A stretch of 64,000 nucleotides of DNA from an uncultured cyanobacterium (GTDB taxonomy: Bacteria > Cyanobacteriota > Cyanobacteriia > CAKZMO01). The stretch covers positions 384,001 through 448,000 of the forward strand of contig CAVRCJ010000006.1 in the NCBI GenBank assembly GCA_963719515.1. Reading direction: 5' to 3'. The position numbers and the translations under genes are program-made. This document shows positions 1-10,502 of this stretch, piece by piece; the first letter of the stretch is position 1; each line of letters starts with the position of its first letter. The notes under the pieces were generated by a model. It was given only the letters and a program-made list of their open reading frames with translations, made no database searches and was not told where the DNA came from.

Positions 1-195
1 GGTTGAGCGTATGGCTCTGAGCAAAGCGACTGTAGGACCCCACGGGGGGATGCCCGGCATAGACCTGCTTTGTGGCTATCTACTCATCTGAAATGCTGTT
101 CACTATTACCAAGATACAAACGCTACTATTGACTTTCTTGAAGGAATCAGAAAGCATTCCACAATAGGCCTAAAGCTTCCGTAAAGATAAAGGTG

Positions 196-426
196 CTAAA
201 CGGCTTCTGGATAAGTAGCGTAGGTTTGAGAGCGAATGACCCGCAGCGATGGCGATGCGATCGCCCCCTGCACTGAGTTTCTAGCGACATGCTCTCGGTA
301 TAGTGCAGCTGCCTCGGCCATGGAGGAGACGGCATACTGGATCTTAGCGCCGCCCCCGAGAGGAATGGTCAAGCAGAGCTTCGATGGGTCTGTCCCTCTC
401 AAACTTTTTTGAGTGACTAACATCAC
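196..426 (-). CDS. hypothetical small protein (76 aa)
   Basis: ORF with an AGGAAG purine run just upstream; no recognisable motif. Confidence 0.35.
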   Translation of the reverse strand: MMLVTQKSLRGTDPSKLCLTIPLGGGAKIQYAVSSMAEAAALYREHVARNSVQGAIASPSLRVIRSQTYATYPEAV

Positions 427-640
427 AACTTCCTGAGAAACAATGGTGAGCCTGGTTTGGCTGAGTCGCGATTGGCTAATGGACCAATGAGCTGAACCGT
501 CTCAAGCCAGGTATTTGGTAGACTCTATATCTATTAAAGATCCTAATCATTGAGAAGATGTTCCAAGAGCAGTTCGGATCTTGAAGTGGCATAGCGAGGT
601 CTCTCGTAAAATTGGGTCATTGAGGTAAGCAGCATTACGT

Positions 641-1351
641 ATGACATTAGCTACGGTATCGTCTAAAGAAGGACTTTTCGGGGCTGCCCTGCGTTTACGT
701 CTAGTGGTGGGGGTGATGGGCTGCTTTTTAGGAGTTGCGCTTTTGGGGGGCTGTGCAACTCGGGTTTCTACGCCCGCTCAAGATGAAGCAGCTCAGGCTA
801 AAGACCCGTCAGCAGAAGGCTCCGACTCATTTCAGGAGGCCGTACGCAAGGCCACTGAGGCGGCAGCGCTAGGTCAAACGGCAGAGACGGAAAGCGAGTG
901 GGAAGCGATCGCTAAGCTGTGGCAAACTGCTGCGGACCTGATGCGGGCCGTGCCAGCCGATCACCCTCAGTATGAGATCGCACAGCAGCGAGCGAAGGAA
1001 GACTACACCAAGAACTTTCAGGTTGCTCAGCAACAGGCTGGGACAGCTAGCAATGTGGATCAGACGACGGATGACGATAGATTGACCAAAGTGGACTTTG
1101 GGGATGGATGGCCCTTCGTCATCGACGGAGAACTTCGCTGCGAGCCGGTCAGCGTTGGAGACCGTCAGCTCAAACTCGTGACGCTTCACAGCATTGGTCA
1201 GGTTTACGCGGTCAATGGGCCCGCCCAAGCGCGGGCCAGCGAGCGGGGCTGGCGCAACGTCGATGAAGTCTGGCGCAGCAGCCCAATTGGCTCGGGAAAG
1301 GCCCCAATAAATTGGGTGTTGATGCGGGCGCAGTCGGCCTGCGGGGCCTAG
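641..1351 (+). CDS. putative lipoprotein with C-terminal YebY/DUF2511-like domain
   Basis: Hydrophobic stretch ending in lipobox LLGGC; helical W..AA.LM repeat; C-terminal FGDGWPF...LRC...YAVNGPA resembles DUF2511. Confidence 0.65.
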   Translation: MTLATVSSKEGLFGAALRLRLVVGVMGCFLGVALLGGCATRVSTPAQDEAAQAKDPSAEGSDSFQEAVRKATEAAALGQTAETESEWEAIAKLWQTAADLMRAVPADHPQYEIAQQRAKEDYTKNFQVAQQQAGTASNVDQTTDDDRLTKVDFGDGWPFVIDGELRCEPVSVGDRQLKLVTLHSIGQVYAVNGPAQARASERGWRNVDEVWRSSPIGSGKAPINWVLMRAQSACGA

Positions 1352-1422
1352 GGCTTTGGCCTGCAATTACGGGGCACATGTGGAGCACATATGGGACGCA
1401 ATGGCCTGTCGTGGCTACGGTT

Positions 1423-2301
1423 CTACTGACGGTATGCCAGCACAAAGCGCTCAATGCCTGCTAGGTCGGCAAAGACCTGCACGTCACGGTAGGGTCCCTG
1501 ATGCAGTAGCTCACAGACCGCGGCCGGCTGTCCCAGCATGGTCTCTACCAGCCATACCCCCCCGGAAATCAAATAGTCTGGCGCAGCAGCGACCAGCTGA
1601 CGCACTGCCATTAGCCCATCTTCTCCGCCATCTAGAGCCAAGAGAGGATCGTGCTGGACCTCCGGGGCAAGGTCGGCCAGCGCCTCGGTAGGAATGTATG
1701 GAGGGTTAGAGATGACGCCACCGACCTGGTTTCGTAGCCCTTGGAGGGGCTCAAACCAGCTCCCTTGATGAAACTGGATTGAGAGCGCGTACCGCTGGGC
1801 ATTGTGCCGGGCGACCGCTAGCGCGTCAGGGCTACAGTCCACGGCGTGAACTGCCGCCTCGGGGAGGGCCGTTGCCAGCCCCAAGGCGATCGCCCCGCTG
1901 CCTGTCCCTAGGTCGGCCCAAGGGGATCTTCTAAGAGCCTGCTGGCGTTGCGTGGCTAGCAGCGCCAGATCGATCAGCCGTTCGGTTTCGGGCCTAGGAA
2001 TTAGAACAGCCGGTGATACCACCAGGTCGAACTCTCGCCAAGGCGCTTTGCCTATGACGTACTGTACGGGCGATCGCGCTTGAATGCGAGTCTGCCAGCG
2101 CCGATTGAGCTCCTCTAAGGGTAGCTCTAGAGCGACTGCGGACCGCAGCGTCACGGTTTCTAGCCGCAGCGCTAGCCGGTCCAAATCACTGACGTTCAGC
2201 AGCACCCAGTCCACCTCGTCGGGAGACACCTGATGGGCGATCGCTTGACGGCGGGCCAGCTGCCGCCACTGCCAGAGGTCATCTCCCGACGCAGTATACA
2301 T
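1423..2301 (-). CDS. prmC: release factor glutamine N5-methyltransferase PrmC/HemK
   Basis: LIPRPETE, DLGTGSGAIA and SNPPY motifs. Confidence 0.95.
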   Translation of the reverse strand: MYTASGDDLWQWRQLARRQAIAHQVSPDEVDWVLLNVSDLDRLALRLETVTLRSAVALELPLEELNRRWQTRIQARSPVQYVIGKAPWREFDLVVSPAVLIPRPETERLIDLALLATQRQQALRRSPWADLGTGSGAIALGLATALPEAAVHAVDCSPDALAVARHNAQRYALSIQFHQGSWFEPLQGLRNQVGGVISNPPYIPTEALADLAPEVQHDPLLALDGGEDGLMAVRQLVAAAPDYLISGGVWLVETMLGQPAAVCELLHQGPYRDVQVFADLAGIERFVLAYRQ

Positions 2302-2324
2302 GACGGTTGTAGCCTAGCTAGCGA

Positions 2325-3143
2325 CTATGGCTGGGCTGCTTCTGACTCGTCATTCTCTTGAGACGATTCCCCTTCTGACTGAGCCTCTTGAGCCGCTTCT
2401 AGCGCTTCAAGGGAGGGAACAAGCCGCAGCTGCAGCAGCTCTTCGTCCTCAGTTGTTTCTAGGGTTTGAATCAGCTCCTCTAGGCGAATAATGAACGGAT
2501 CGAGTCCTTCAGCAAATTCGGGCTGACGCTCGCCAATGGCGGCTATCAAGGCTTGCAGCTGATCATAAGAGAAGAATAGTGGGACAATCTGATTGTCCTC
2601 ACCATCTGGGACGGTCAGGAGTCCCTCTTCATCTGAACCCGTAGCGCTGCGGGCTGTAAATAGCGGCACGCCCAAAAATTCGCTGACGGTTGAGGGGTCT
2701 TCGCCATTCTCCTCTAGCTCACTCTGCAGGATCTCCACGGCAGAAGCGGCTTCATCTCGGGAAGGCACAAACACAAACTCAAGGCGGTTCTCGGGGTCTT
2801 GACCCTCAACCGCCGCCGCATAGATTCGACCCAGCGATACCGGGGTGACGCGAACCTCCGATGCCAGGTCTGGGTTACTCTCCTGAAGCGAGCCTAGAAA
2901 TGCTGCGGCATCTGCTTGGGTAATAAATACTCTGACGAGCGGTGCCCCCGGCTCTCCCTCTTGAGGCTCGGCGACCAGCGGCGCTCTATCTTCATCGGTG
3001 ATGGTGAATACCGGCACGGCCCGAAGCTGTTGAACAACTTCCTCTTGGGTAAGAGCCCAAGCGCTGTTGGCGACGCCCAGCACTGCTCCGGCGACGATGC
3101 CGCCAAGGGCAAATGCGGCGCTCTGGCGAGTAAATAGATTCAT
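2325..3143 (-). CDS. Tic22 family periplasmic chaperone
   Basis: Signal peptide, then L..VPVFTITD...PL, VTPVSLG, GVPLF, VPLFF. ATG 3143 preferred over the track start 3197. Confidence 0.85.
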   Translation of the reverse strand: MNLFTRQSAAFALGGIVAGAVLGVANSAWALTQEEVVQQLRAVPVFTITDEDRAPLVAEPQEGEPGAPLVRVFITQADAAAFLGSLQESNPDLASEVRVTPVSLGRIYAAAVEGQDPENRLEFVFVPSRDEAASAVEILQSELEENGEDPSTVSEFLGVPLFTARSATGSDEEGLLTVPDGEDNQIVPLFFSYDQLQALIAAIGERQPEFAEGLDPFIIRLEELIQTLETTEDEELLQLRLVPSLEALEAAQEAQSEGESSQENDESEAAQP

Positions 3144-3388
3144 GGGGGCTCCTGGTCTAAACTGTAGTTTGCTGAAAAGGGTCTTCCAAAGGGTCAATTC
3201 ACTCGGCTCACGCAGCCGTAGCAGGGCGCTAACGGGCTCGTCAGCTCAGCAATGGAGGAGATTGTCTTATGTCCTGAATCGTTTGTCAATTGACGGCGAA
3301 TTGGGTTACTAAGTCTTCTTAGACCCAATAAAAACGAGGTTTTCAACTTTTCAAGCGGTAGCGATCGCCGTCCGGATAAGCTTCGACA

Positions 3389-4363
3389 CTAAGCGCCGTC
3401 ACGCTGGGTCACGCAGTCCTGCAGCGTCTCTTGCACCGAGCGAGGCCTCCATCCCAGCTGACGCTTTGCCTTAGATCCATCGACGCGCACACAGCGATCA
3501 TAGATGTAGTGAACCCGCTCTCGGCTCAGGGGCGGTTGCCAGTTCGTCAACCGTCCAATGGGGTCTAGCAGGTTACCCGCCAGCCGGACAACGGCAGGGG
3601 GCACCTCCGCCGGGGCCGGTACCCCGGTTATCTGGCTCAGCTGGTCAAACATTTCCCGCGTCGTCAGCTCGTCCGCCGACAAAATGAAATGCTCACCCGG
3701 CTGCCCCTGCTCAATTGCCAGCAGCATACCGTCGACTAAATCATCCACATGCACGATCCCCGTCACGCGATCGCCCCCAGCCCACACCTTTAGCTTGCCG
3801 CGCCGGAACGTCTCTAGGACGGGGCCAAAGTGGGGGTCGTCGGGGCCAAAGATGCCCGAGGGCATGACGCTAACCGCATGAAGCCCCGCTGCAGCGGCCT
3901 CATCGACTAGCTTTTGGGCTTCGTATTTGGTGCGATCGTAAGCAGAGGAAAAGCCTGTCTGCTGACGCTCAAAGGTCTCATCGATTACCTTGCCCTGGGT
4001 ATCCCCGTAGATTCCAATCGTGCTGCAGTACAGCAGCCGGGAGCTTGCCTCTCTCGCGGCTGCGAGCACGGTGCGGGTGCCCTCAATATTGACGTGGGCC
4101 ATCCGCTCTGCATCCACAACCCCTAGCTCTACGTACGCCGCCGTATGGAACACCCAGTCTACCTCTGACATCGCCTGAGTCAGAGCGGCTCGGTCGGTGA
4201 CATCACCGTAGGCCAGCGCTAGATCGCCTTCAATCTGCGGTTCTAGGCGAGATAGATTACTCGTAGGGCGCACAAAACCAACTACCTGATGGCCACGATG
4301 CAGCAGCGCTTTAGCTAGATGCGACCCCGTGAACCCGCTGGCCCCCGTGACTAGCGCCTTCAT
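3389..4363 (-). CDS. NAD-dependent epimerase/dehydratase (extended SDR, HpnA/DFR-like)
   Basis: VTGASGFTG Rossmann motif, YDRTK (YxxxK); ATGA overlap with the upstream gene. Confidence 0.9.
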   Translation of the reverse strand: MKALVTGASGFTGSHLAKALLHRGHQVVGFVRPTSNLSRLEPQIEGDLALAYGDVTDRAALTQAMSEVDWVFHTAAYVELGVVDAERMAHVNIEGTRTVLAAAREASSRLLYCSTIGIYGDTQGKVIDETFERQQTGFSSAYDRTKYEAQKLVDEAAAAGLHAVSVMPSGIFGPDDPHFGPVLETFRRGKLKVWAGGDRVTGIVHVDDLVDGMLLAIEQGQPGEHFILSADELTTREMFDQLSQITGVPAPAEVPPAVVRLAGNLLDPIGRLTNWQPPLSRERVHYIYDRCVRVDGSKAKRQLGWRPRSVQETLQDCVTQRDGA

Positions 4364-5514
4364 AGTGCTTTCTCGTAGGTGCGATAGGTTTTGTAGATGG
4401 TGGCCCCCGTCGCCTCTACAATGCTGCGGGAGGCGCTGTTGTTCTCGTAGACGTACCCTAGCTCGGCAAAGCGATAGGGCTTACTCGTTTGTCTACCATA
4501 ATTGAACCCTAAATAGATGAGACCCAAGGGGACCATGCGGCGGCGGTGCTCTGGCAGGGCGCAGATGACCAGCACTCGCAGCTGATCAATAAACCGGCGA
4601 TACCAGAGAAACTTCAGTTTACCCAGTAAGTCAAGCCGTCCGTTGAGTCGCTTGAGCACAATATTGTAGTCCGGCAGCGTCATAAAAAAGCCGATCATCT
4701 TGCCCTCGTATTCCGCAATCCAAAAAATGTCTGGGTCCACCAAGGATTGTAGATCTTTTGCCTCTTCCCGGAACTCTTCTAGAGTTCGTGCTGTCGCACC
4801 CCAGTTGTCGGCGAACATCTTTGTAAACAGGTGGTACATCTGCGTCACGTCTTGCCAAAAGGCCTCTCCTTTTGTGTGCAGCGGACGAAACTCAACCCCC
4901 GATCTAACGGCGATGTTATAGCCCCGCTCATACTGAGGCGGCAGATCTTCCGAGCCGTCTAGCCCATAGGAATAGGCGTCTATGGCCTTCTCCCATCCCA
5001 GCTGCTCCATAAACTTAGGATAGTGGGGTGGGTTGTAGGGCATCATGATCATCGGCGGGGAGTCGAACCGATCCAACAGGAAGAGGCAGCGGTTGTGAGT
5101 AGACAGGTTTATGGGTCCCTGCACAGCCGTCATTCCCTGTTGCACAAGCCAGGCCGCGGCCTCATCGAACAGGGCCTCAGCAACCTCAACGTCGTCAATA
5201 CACTCGAAGTAGCCAAAAATCCCAACGGGGCGCTGCTCTTTCTCAATGAGTCGCTGGTTGACCGCAGCAACGATGCGGCCAACAGTGGCACCCTGTTTAC
5301 TGGCGACGAATGCCCGAAAGGTGCCATATTTCAAAAACTCGTTGTCTACGGCGAACAGCTGAGCCTCGCTGCTTCTCAGTGGAGGAACCCAGCAATCATT
5401 GCCCTCATAGACCCGGTAAGGGAGGTCTATAAATGCGGTTTGAGTCTGGGGCGACGTCACGGCCTCAACTGTGATGCCTGAAGAATTGACAACGCTAGTC
5501 ATTAGTCCTGCCAC
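4360..5514 (-). CDS. YghO/bCerS-like GNAT-fold protein
   Basis: FIDLPYRVY...WVPPL, VGRIVA, FGYFECIDD, GPINLS, MMPYNPPHY, KTYRTYEK: typical of the YghO-like family. Confidence 0.75.
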   Translation of the reverse strand: MAGLMTSVVNSSGITVEAVTSPQTQTAFIDLPYRVYEGNDCWVPPLRSSEAQLFAVDNEFLKYGTFRAFVASKQGATVGRIVAAVNQRLIEKEQRPVGIFGYFECIDDVEVAEALFDEAAAWLVQQGMTAVQGPINLSTHNRCLFLLDRFDSPPMIMMPYNPPHYPKFMEQLGWEKAIDAYSYGLDGSEDLPPQYERGYNIAVRSGVEFRPLHTKGEAFWQDVTQMYHLFTKMFADNWGATARTLEEFREEAKDLQSLVDPDIFWIAEYEGKMIGFFMTLPDYNIVLKRLNGRLDLLGKLKFLWYRRFIDQLRVLVICALPEHRRRMVPLGLIYLGFNYGRQTSKPYRFAELGYVYENNSASRSIVEATGATIYKTYRTYEKAL

Positions 5515-5609
5515 CGTAAACTGCTCTTAGCTTACATGGGGCGGGTTTAGGCGTCTAGAGAAGCACTCACCCATAAAGGACTGCTGCGATCGCACCATTA
5601 TCGCTTCGA

Positions 5610-6569
5610 TCACAGCGCCGCCATGTACTCCCGCAAATCTTGACGCTTGCCTCGCAGCCGCCGCAGGGCGTCCTGCTGAATCTGGCGAACCCGCTCTCGG
5701 CTAACGTCTAGCTCATCGCCAATTTTTGCCAGAGTGAGCACGCGTCCGTCCCGGAGTCCAAACCTGAGGGTGAGGACCTCCTGCTGCTGGGGGGTAAGAT
5801 CGCTCATTAGATCGGCTAGATCTTGTTTTAGATGCCGGTTTACGACAATATCCTCGGGCGAGGCACCATCATCAGGTAGCAGATCCCCCAGGTGATTGTT
5901 ATCGTTGTCGCCAATGGTCAGATCTAGAGACAGGGGTTGGCGAGCCCGATCGAGGTAGTAGCGGACCTTGTCAGGAGAGATGTCCGTTTCTTGCGATAGC
6001 TCAGCCACCGTAGCCGATCGCCCTAATCGCTGCGAGACTTGACGTTGAGCCTTCTTGATTTTATTCAGCTGCTCGACCACATGTATCGGAAGGCGAATAG
6101 TACGACTTTGCTCTGCGATCGCTCGGGTGATGGCCTGTCGAATCCACCAGTAGGCGTAGGTGGAGAATCGATAGCCCTTGGAGGGGTCAAACTTCTCTAC
6201 ACCTCGGTAGAGCCCCAGAGTGCCCTCCTGAATCAAATCAAGAAACTCTAAGTTGGATTTGATGTATTTCTTGGCAATGGAAACCACTAGCCGGAGGTTG
6301 GCCCGCACCATCTTCACTTTGGCGCGCTTACCTTCACGCAGCGATCGCCGCAGCTGGTTGACTGAAAGGTCAGCAGCCTCGGCCCAGTCGCAGAGCTCTA
6401 GTTCGCTCGCTTCTGTTGACTCCAAAAGGCGATCGCGCACCGCTTCCAAGTCCACTAAACACCGCACCTGCTTACCCAAAATAATTTCTTGCTCATGGGT
6501 CAGCAAAGGAACGCGTCCAATCTCTTCCAAATAGGCGCGGACTGGGTCAATACGGCGAGTAACAGTCAT
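5610..6569 (-). CDS. group 2 sigma-70 factor (SigB/SigD-like)
   Basis: [52 protein letters not shown]; no region 1.1. Start placed at MTVTRR. Confidence 0.92.
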   Translation of the reverse strand: MTVTRRIDPVRAYLEEIGRVPLLTHEQEIILGKQVRCLVDLEAVRDRLLESTEASELELCDWAEAADLSVNQLRRSLREGKRAKVKMVRANLRLVVSIAKKYIKSNLEFLDLIQEGTLGLYRGVEKFDPSKGYRFSTYAYWWIRQAITRAIAEQSRTIRLPIHVVEQLNKIKKAQRQVSQRLGRSATVAELSQETDISPDKVRYYLDRARQPLSLDLTIGDNDNNHLGDLLPDDGASPEDIVVNRHLKQDLADLMSDLTPQQQEVLTLRFGLRDGRVLTLAKIGDELDVSRERVRQIQQDALRRLRGKRQDLREYMAAL

Positions 6570-7066
6570 AGTAATAATGAAACACCTCAGCAATCAAAAA
6601 GTATCAAATTCAGAGATAGCGTATATTCCATAAGTCGCATGCATCCACCGTCAGCTTTTGAAGCAGCTTAACTTATGGGGCAGCAAGACCAACCACAAGA
6701 GACAAAGCCGCTATAGAGCTCAATCTCGACCTACGAGCAGTGGACTGCTTGCTAATTAACCCTCATGAAACCTAAATCATCACGCCGTGCAGTGCCAGAG
6801 ACGCTGCACGGCCACACCGGCAGAAAAAACAATCCGTACAAAACGTAGTCCGCACGAATCAGTATAGAACTGCTGCCTGCATACGCTCATGTGCAACGGC
6901 ATTGCACGCAATAAACATCCCCTCTCGTCTCTCCATCATAGCATGAAATGCCAATTTTGAACAGCATTTTATGACGGTTGAACGCAGGAAGCCCCGAACT
7001 ACGGACGAGAAGTTTAGGTGAGGTAGCAGAATCTAAACCCTCGGAGATAGCTCTTTCCTCGCACTT

Positions 7067-7115
7067 TAAAAGCCTATTAGACCGTATCCGTAAAAGCCTA
7101 TTAGACCGTATCCGT
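7067..7115. repeat. perfect 24-bp tandem duplication
   Basis: TAAAAGCCTATTAGACCGTATCCG at 7067-7090 and 7091-7114. Confidence 0.95.
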
Positions 7116-7356
7116 CAGGTCCCCTTTTACGGCACAGGTGAAAACGACAGGGTCAGTCTGCGCCGCCGCACTGTCGACTCAGGTCAAGAGTATTGCACTT
7201 ACAGAGTCTACCTCTAGAACGATGACAGCATGATGTTGAAATTAAGCTGGTGATTTCTCGACTTATTTTTCAGAATGTTTGCTACTTTTTTAGAGGGAAC
7301 CCGCTTGAATCATTTTCAGAATTCGAGCCTACTTTTATTCCCTTAACGCTGTTTCG

Positions 7357-7785
7357 TTGCAAAGGAATTCATTGATGACGCTTCAAAGCTATTGCTCGAA
7401 TTTAAAAAAGAAGGCGATCGCTGCACTCAGCTTAGCTAGTCTGGTGTTGTGCTTAGCCGCCCTACCCGCAGGCCAAGCGCAAGCTGCCCCTCAGCAAGCT
7501 GGACAAAATACCTACTTCTCCGACATCTATACCGGTCAGGTCCAGTCGCTAGATCAGTTTGACTCCTCACAGCTCGACGCCATTGCGGCTTGCCTGCCCG
7601 AGGAAATTAGCGCCAACAACGAAGACATCGGCGATCGCGTCGCCCGTGCTTTCGGCGAGATGGGGAACGATTTTCTCGAGCGTGCGTTTAATCTCAAGGA
7701 CAACCCAGAACTTAGCGATGCGGAGCTAGCGTTTCGCGACTGCTTGCAGGGTAAAGGGGTCAAGTTTACTTCTCCTGTCCGGTAG
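7357..7785 (+). CDS. secreted hypothetical protein
   Basis: KKK + hydrophobic + AQA signal peptide; two Cys in the mature part. True start may be ATG 7375. Confidence 0.7.
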   Translation: MQRNSLMTLQSYCSNLKKKAIAALSLASLVLCLAALPAGQAQAAPQQAGQNTYFSDIYTGQVQSLDQFDSSQLDAIAACLPEEISANNEDIGDRVARAFGEMGNDFLERAFNLKDNPELSDAELAFRDCLQGKGVKFTSPVR

Positions 7786-7846
7786 TCTATAGTCCACCAA
7801 CGGATATCGCTGAACTTCACGACACGGCTGGACAGCGTAGATTAAG

Positions 7847-7883
7847 AGCAGCCCAGAGGTCTCAAAGGAGCGTCTGGGCTGCT
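7847..7883. terminator. stem-loop downstream of the 7357-7785 gene
   Basis: AGCAGCCCAGA / TCTGGGCTGCT 11-bp inverted repeat; no strong U-tract. Confidence 0.5.
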
Positions 7884-7977
7884 GCTGTGAAGGCTCTTGC
7901 TACACCATAAAATTCCGAGGGGTGACTGCTGAACTTCGGTACAATCTGGGCAGATTGACCCTACCGGTTTTTGTACT

Positions 7978-8703
7978 TTGACTCCTCTAGACTCATTCCA
8001 ACCGTCAGCAGATCAGGTCCAAGACCTATTTGACCGGATTGCCCCCCAATACGACGCCCTCAACACCTGGTTGAGCTTTGGACAGCACTGGGTCTGGAAA
8101 CAAATGGCCGTAAATTGGGCAAAGCCCTTCTCTGGGGCGACTTGCCTAGACGTCTGCTGCGGTAGCGGCGACCTCACCTACCTGTTAGCGCGGCAGGTGG
8201 GACCTCAAGGGCGGGTTGTTGGGCTTGACTTTGCACCCCAGCAGCTGGCGATCGCTCGTCAGCGCTCAGAACTACAGTGGAACCTGTCCCTAGCCCCTAT
8301 CACCTGGACGGTCGGTGATGCCCTCCATCTGCCCTACGACGATGAGACGTACGACGCCGTCACCATGGGGTATGGACTGCGAAATGTGCTAGATATTCCT
8401 CGAAGCCTGCGGGAGCTGCACCGCGTGCTCAAACCCGGAGCGATCGCCGCTGTTCTAGACTTCCACCGACCCGGAGATCTCTGGACAAGCCGGTTTCAGC
8501 AGACCTATCTGGACTATTGGGTCGTGCCGGTGGCTCGGCAGTTCGGCCTGGAGACAGAGTATGCTTACATTAGCGACAGCTTACGTCGCTTCCCGACTGG
8601 AGACCGTCAGGTTGAGCTAGCCTACGAAGCTGGGTTTGCAGCAGCGGTCCACTACAAGATGGTGGGTGGCATGATGGGAGCCTTAGTCGTCACAAAAGCT
8701 TAA
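7978..8703 (+). CDS. menG: demethylmenaquinone/phylloquinone methyltransferase UbiE/MenG
   Basis: [33 protein letters not shown]. Confidence 0.9.
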   Translation: MTPLDSFQPSADQVQDLFDRIAPQYDALNTWLSFGQHWVWKQMAVNWAKPFSGATCLDVCCGSGDLTYLLARQVGPQGRVVGLDFAPQQLAIARQRSELQWNLSLAPITWTVGDALHLPYDDETYDAVTMGYGLRNVLDIPRSLRELHRVLKPGAIAAVLDFHRPGDLWTSRFQQTYLDYWVVPVARQFGLETEYAYISDSLRRFPTGDRQVELAYEAGFAAAVHYKMVGGMMGALVVTKA

Positions 8704-8728
8704 TTTCACCCAACCCCCTCCAATATTC

Positions 8729-9955
8729 GTGGCACTTTCCAACCTCTGGCTACTCATTGCCCCTCCGGTTATCGGAGGAATCATCGGCTACTTCACCAAT
8801 GATTTAGCGCTCAAAATGCTGTTCCGCCCCTACCGCCCGGTTTATGTGGGCCGAAAGCAGCTGCCCTTTACGCCGGGACTTATCCCCAGTAACCAAGAGC
8901 GGTTGGCCAAACGAATTGCCGATACGATTATGCAGTCGCTGCTCACACCGGCAGAGCTACAAAAGCTAGCGCGGCGGCTACTGGCGTTAGAGCGCATGCA
9001 GTCAGCGATCAGCTGGCTCCTACAAATGGCGGTAGAGCAGGTCGGCCCCAACGAGGAAAAAGCTACGCGCATTGTGGCTGGCATTTTGGAAGATTTGGCC
9101 GAGGAGTCTTTGCCCAAGCTGCTCAAGGCGGTAACCCGCAACGAGGACTTTTTAGAGCCGCAGTTTAACCAGGTTTTTGATCGGGTACTGCTGGAGCTTC
9201 AGCTTACGGAGGCCCAGGCAGAGCAAGTGTCCACCTGGCTTTTAAGCACCGTACTCTCTCCCGATACCCTTCGTCAGACCCTCGTCGATTTTTTGACTGA
9301 CCGCAATATTCGCACTATCGACGAAGCCATCCGCGAGCAGACCACCGGTACCTATTGGGTGGTGGCCAATATCATCGGACTGCGTAATACTCTTTTGCGA
9401 CTGCGCACCTACTGCCTAGAGGAGCAGGATGCTAGCAACGCCAAAATTGCCCGCCTAATTCAACAGCTTGACCTAAAGGGGCGGCTGCAGGAGTGGATAC
9501 AGAACTTTTCTCTACAAAATTTGCCGGTGTACACCGTACGGCAGATTCGACAGACGGCCCACCAAACCCTGCGAGAGTACATCTACCTGCAGGGGGGGAA
9601 GGTGCTGAAAGATCTCGGAGAGTCGATCAACTGGCGGGCGATCGCCTCCCTTTTGGTAGAGCGGTTGCGCAGCTCAGACACCATTGCCAAAGCGCTGGTG
9701 CCGGTGAGCTATGAGCTAGCGCTGGTCTTAGAGCGCTACCTAGAGCGTGATTTGGAAACCATTGTCGCTCAGGTCATCCCTATCTTGAACATCGACCAGG
9801 TGATCATTGAGCGCATCAATGCCACCACGCCTCAGGAGCTAGAGGTGACGATTCAGGGCATCGTCCGCAGCGAACTTCAGGCCATTGTCAATTTAGGCGG
9901 CATTCTTGGATTCACAATTGGACTTTTGCAAGCTGCTTTTTTCGCTCTACAGTAG
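8729..9955 (+). CDS. DUF445 family membrane protein
   Basis: [24 protein letters not shown]-terminal [13 protein letters not shown]. Confidence 0.9.
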   Translation: MALSNLWLLIAPPVIGGIIGYFTNDLALKMLFRPYRPVYVGRKQLPFTPGLIPSNQERLAKRIADTIMQSLLTPAELQKLARRLLALERMQSAISWLLQMAVEQVGPNEEKATRIVAGILEDLAEESLPKLLKAVTRNEDFLEPQFNQVFDRVLLELQLTEAQAEQVSTWLLSTVLSPDTLRQTLVDFLTDRNIRTIDEAIREQTTGTYWVVANIIGLRNTLLRLRTYCLEEQDASNAKIARLIQQLDLKGRLQEWIQNFSLQNLPVYTVRQIRQTAHQTLREYIYLQGGKVLKDLGESINWRAIASLLVERLRSSDTIAKALVPVSYELALVLERYLERDLETIVAQVIPILNIDQVIIERINATTPQELEVTIQGIVRSELQAIVNLGGILGFTIGLLQAAFFALQ

Positions 9956-10111
9956 CCGTCGCTAGAGGCTTCAATCTTGAAAAAATTGTTCCAGGACTTA
10001 ATAATCTTGTGGGTTGGCGCCGCTTGAGATAATGCGGCTGGCTACACCACGCAATTTGAACGGCGTCCAGAAATATAGCAAAGCAACAAGACGCATATCG
10101 CTTTGGCCGCA

Positions 10112-10174
10112 TTGCCTACACAACGTTAGGCTTTCAGCCGATTCTGGTACCTAAGCAACTGCACCAATGTAATA
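10112..10174. repeat. dispersed ~63-bp intergenic repeat, copy 1 (copy 2 at 34110-34173)
   Basis: 37 identical bp TTGCCTACACAACGTTAGGCTTTCAGCCGATTCTGGT, then a similar AAGCAACT..ACCAATG.AATA tail. Confidence 0.9.
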
Positions 10175-10200
10175 GGGCATCTGTGGAACTTATTTCTCTA

Positions 10201-10229
10201 TCCTGACGCGATCGCTGAGGTTCGTATCA
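10201..10229 (+). promoter_or_regulatory. DIF1-like promoter upstream of the patX-like gene
   Basis: TCCTGA (1 mismatch to DIF1 TCCGGA) at 10201-10206, 17-nt spacer, GTATCA at 10224-10229, about 30 nt before the ATG. Confidence 0.45.
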
Positions 10230-10260
10230 AGAAATAGAACCCTATACGGCAGCTTTTTCC

Positions 10261-10473
10261 ATGGCGATCCATACCCTTGTATCCCTGAGTGTTTTCTCAT
10301 GTATCGCCGTGCTATCTGACGCGGCGGTCGCCGTAGGGCCAATCCAAACGTCCACCGCGGCCAGCATTCAGCCTGACGGGCGATCTCAGATAGAGGCTGT
10401 CATCCATCAAGCCCATCGTGGAAGCGGACGCTGCAGCACCGAGCTGTGCGGCGCAGAGCGCAGTGAGTCATAG
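10261..10473 (+). CDS. patX: PatX-like RGSGR signalling peptide
   Basis: 70 aa, hydrophobic N-terminal signal-like segment, HRGSGR near the C-terminus. Confidence 0.7.
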   Translation: MAIHTLVSLSVFSCIAVLSDAAVAVGPIQTSTAASIQPDGRSQIEAVIHQAHRGSGRCSTELCGAERSES

Positions 10474-10502
10474 CGGGCGGGCGCAGCAGCCCTGGGGCCC
10501 TG

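Noticed and set aside
6984..7024. CAGGAAGCCCCG matching the mini-element left end (44075-44086)
   Set aside because: Only 12 bp match and the following hairpin is not conserved; chance or an unrecognisable remnant.
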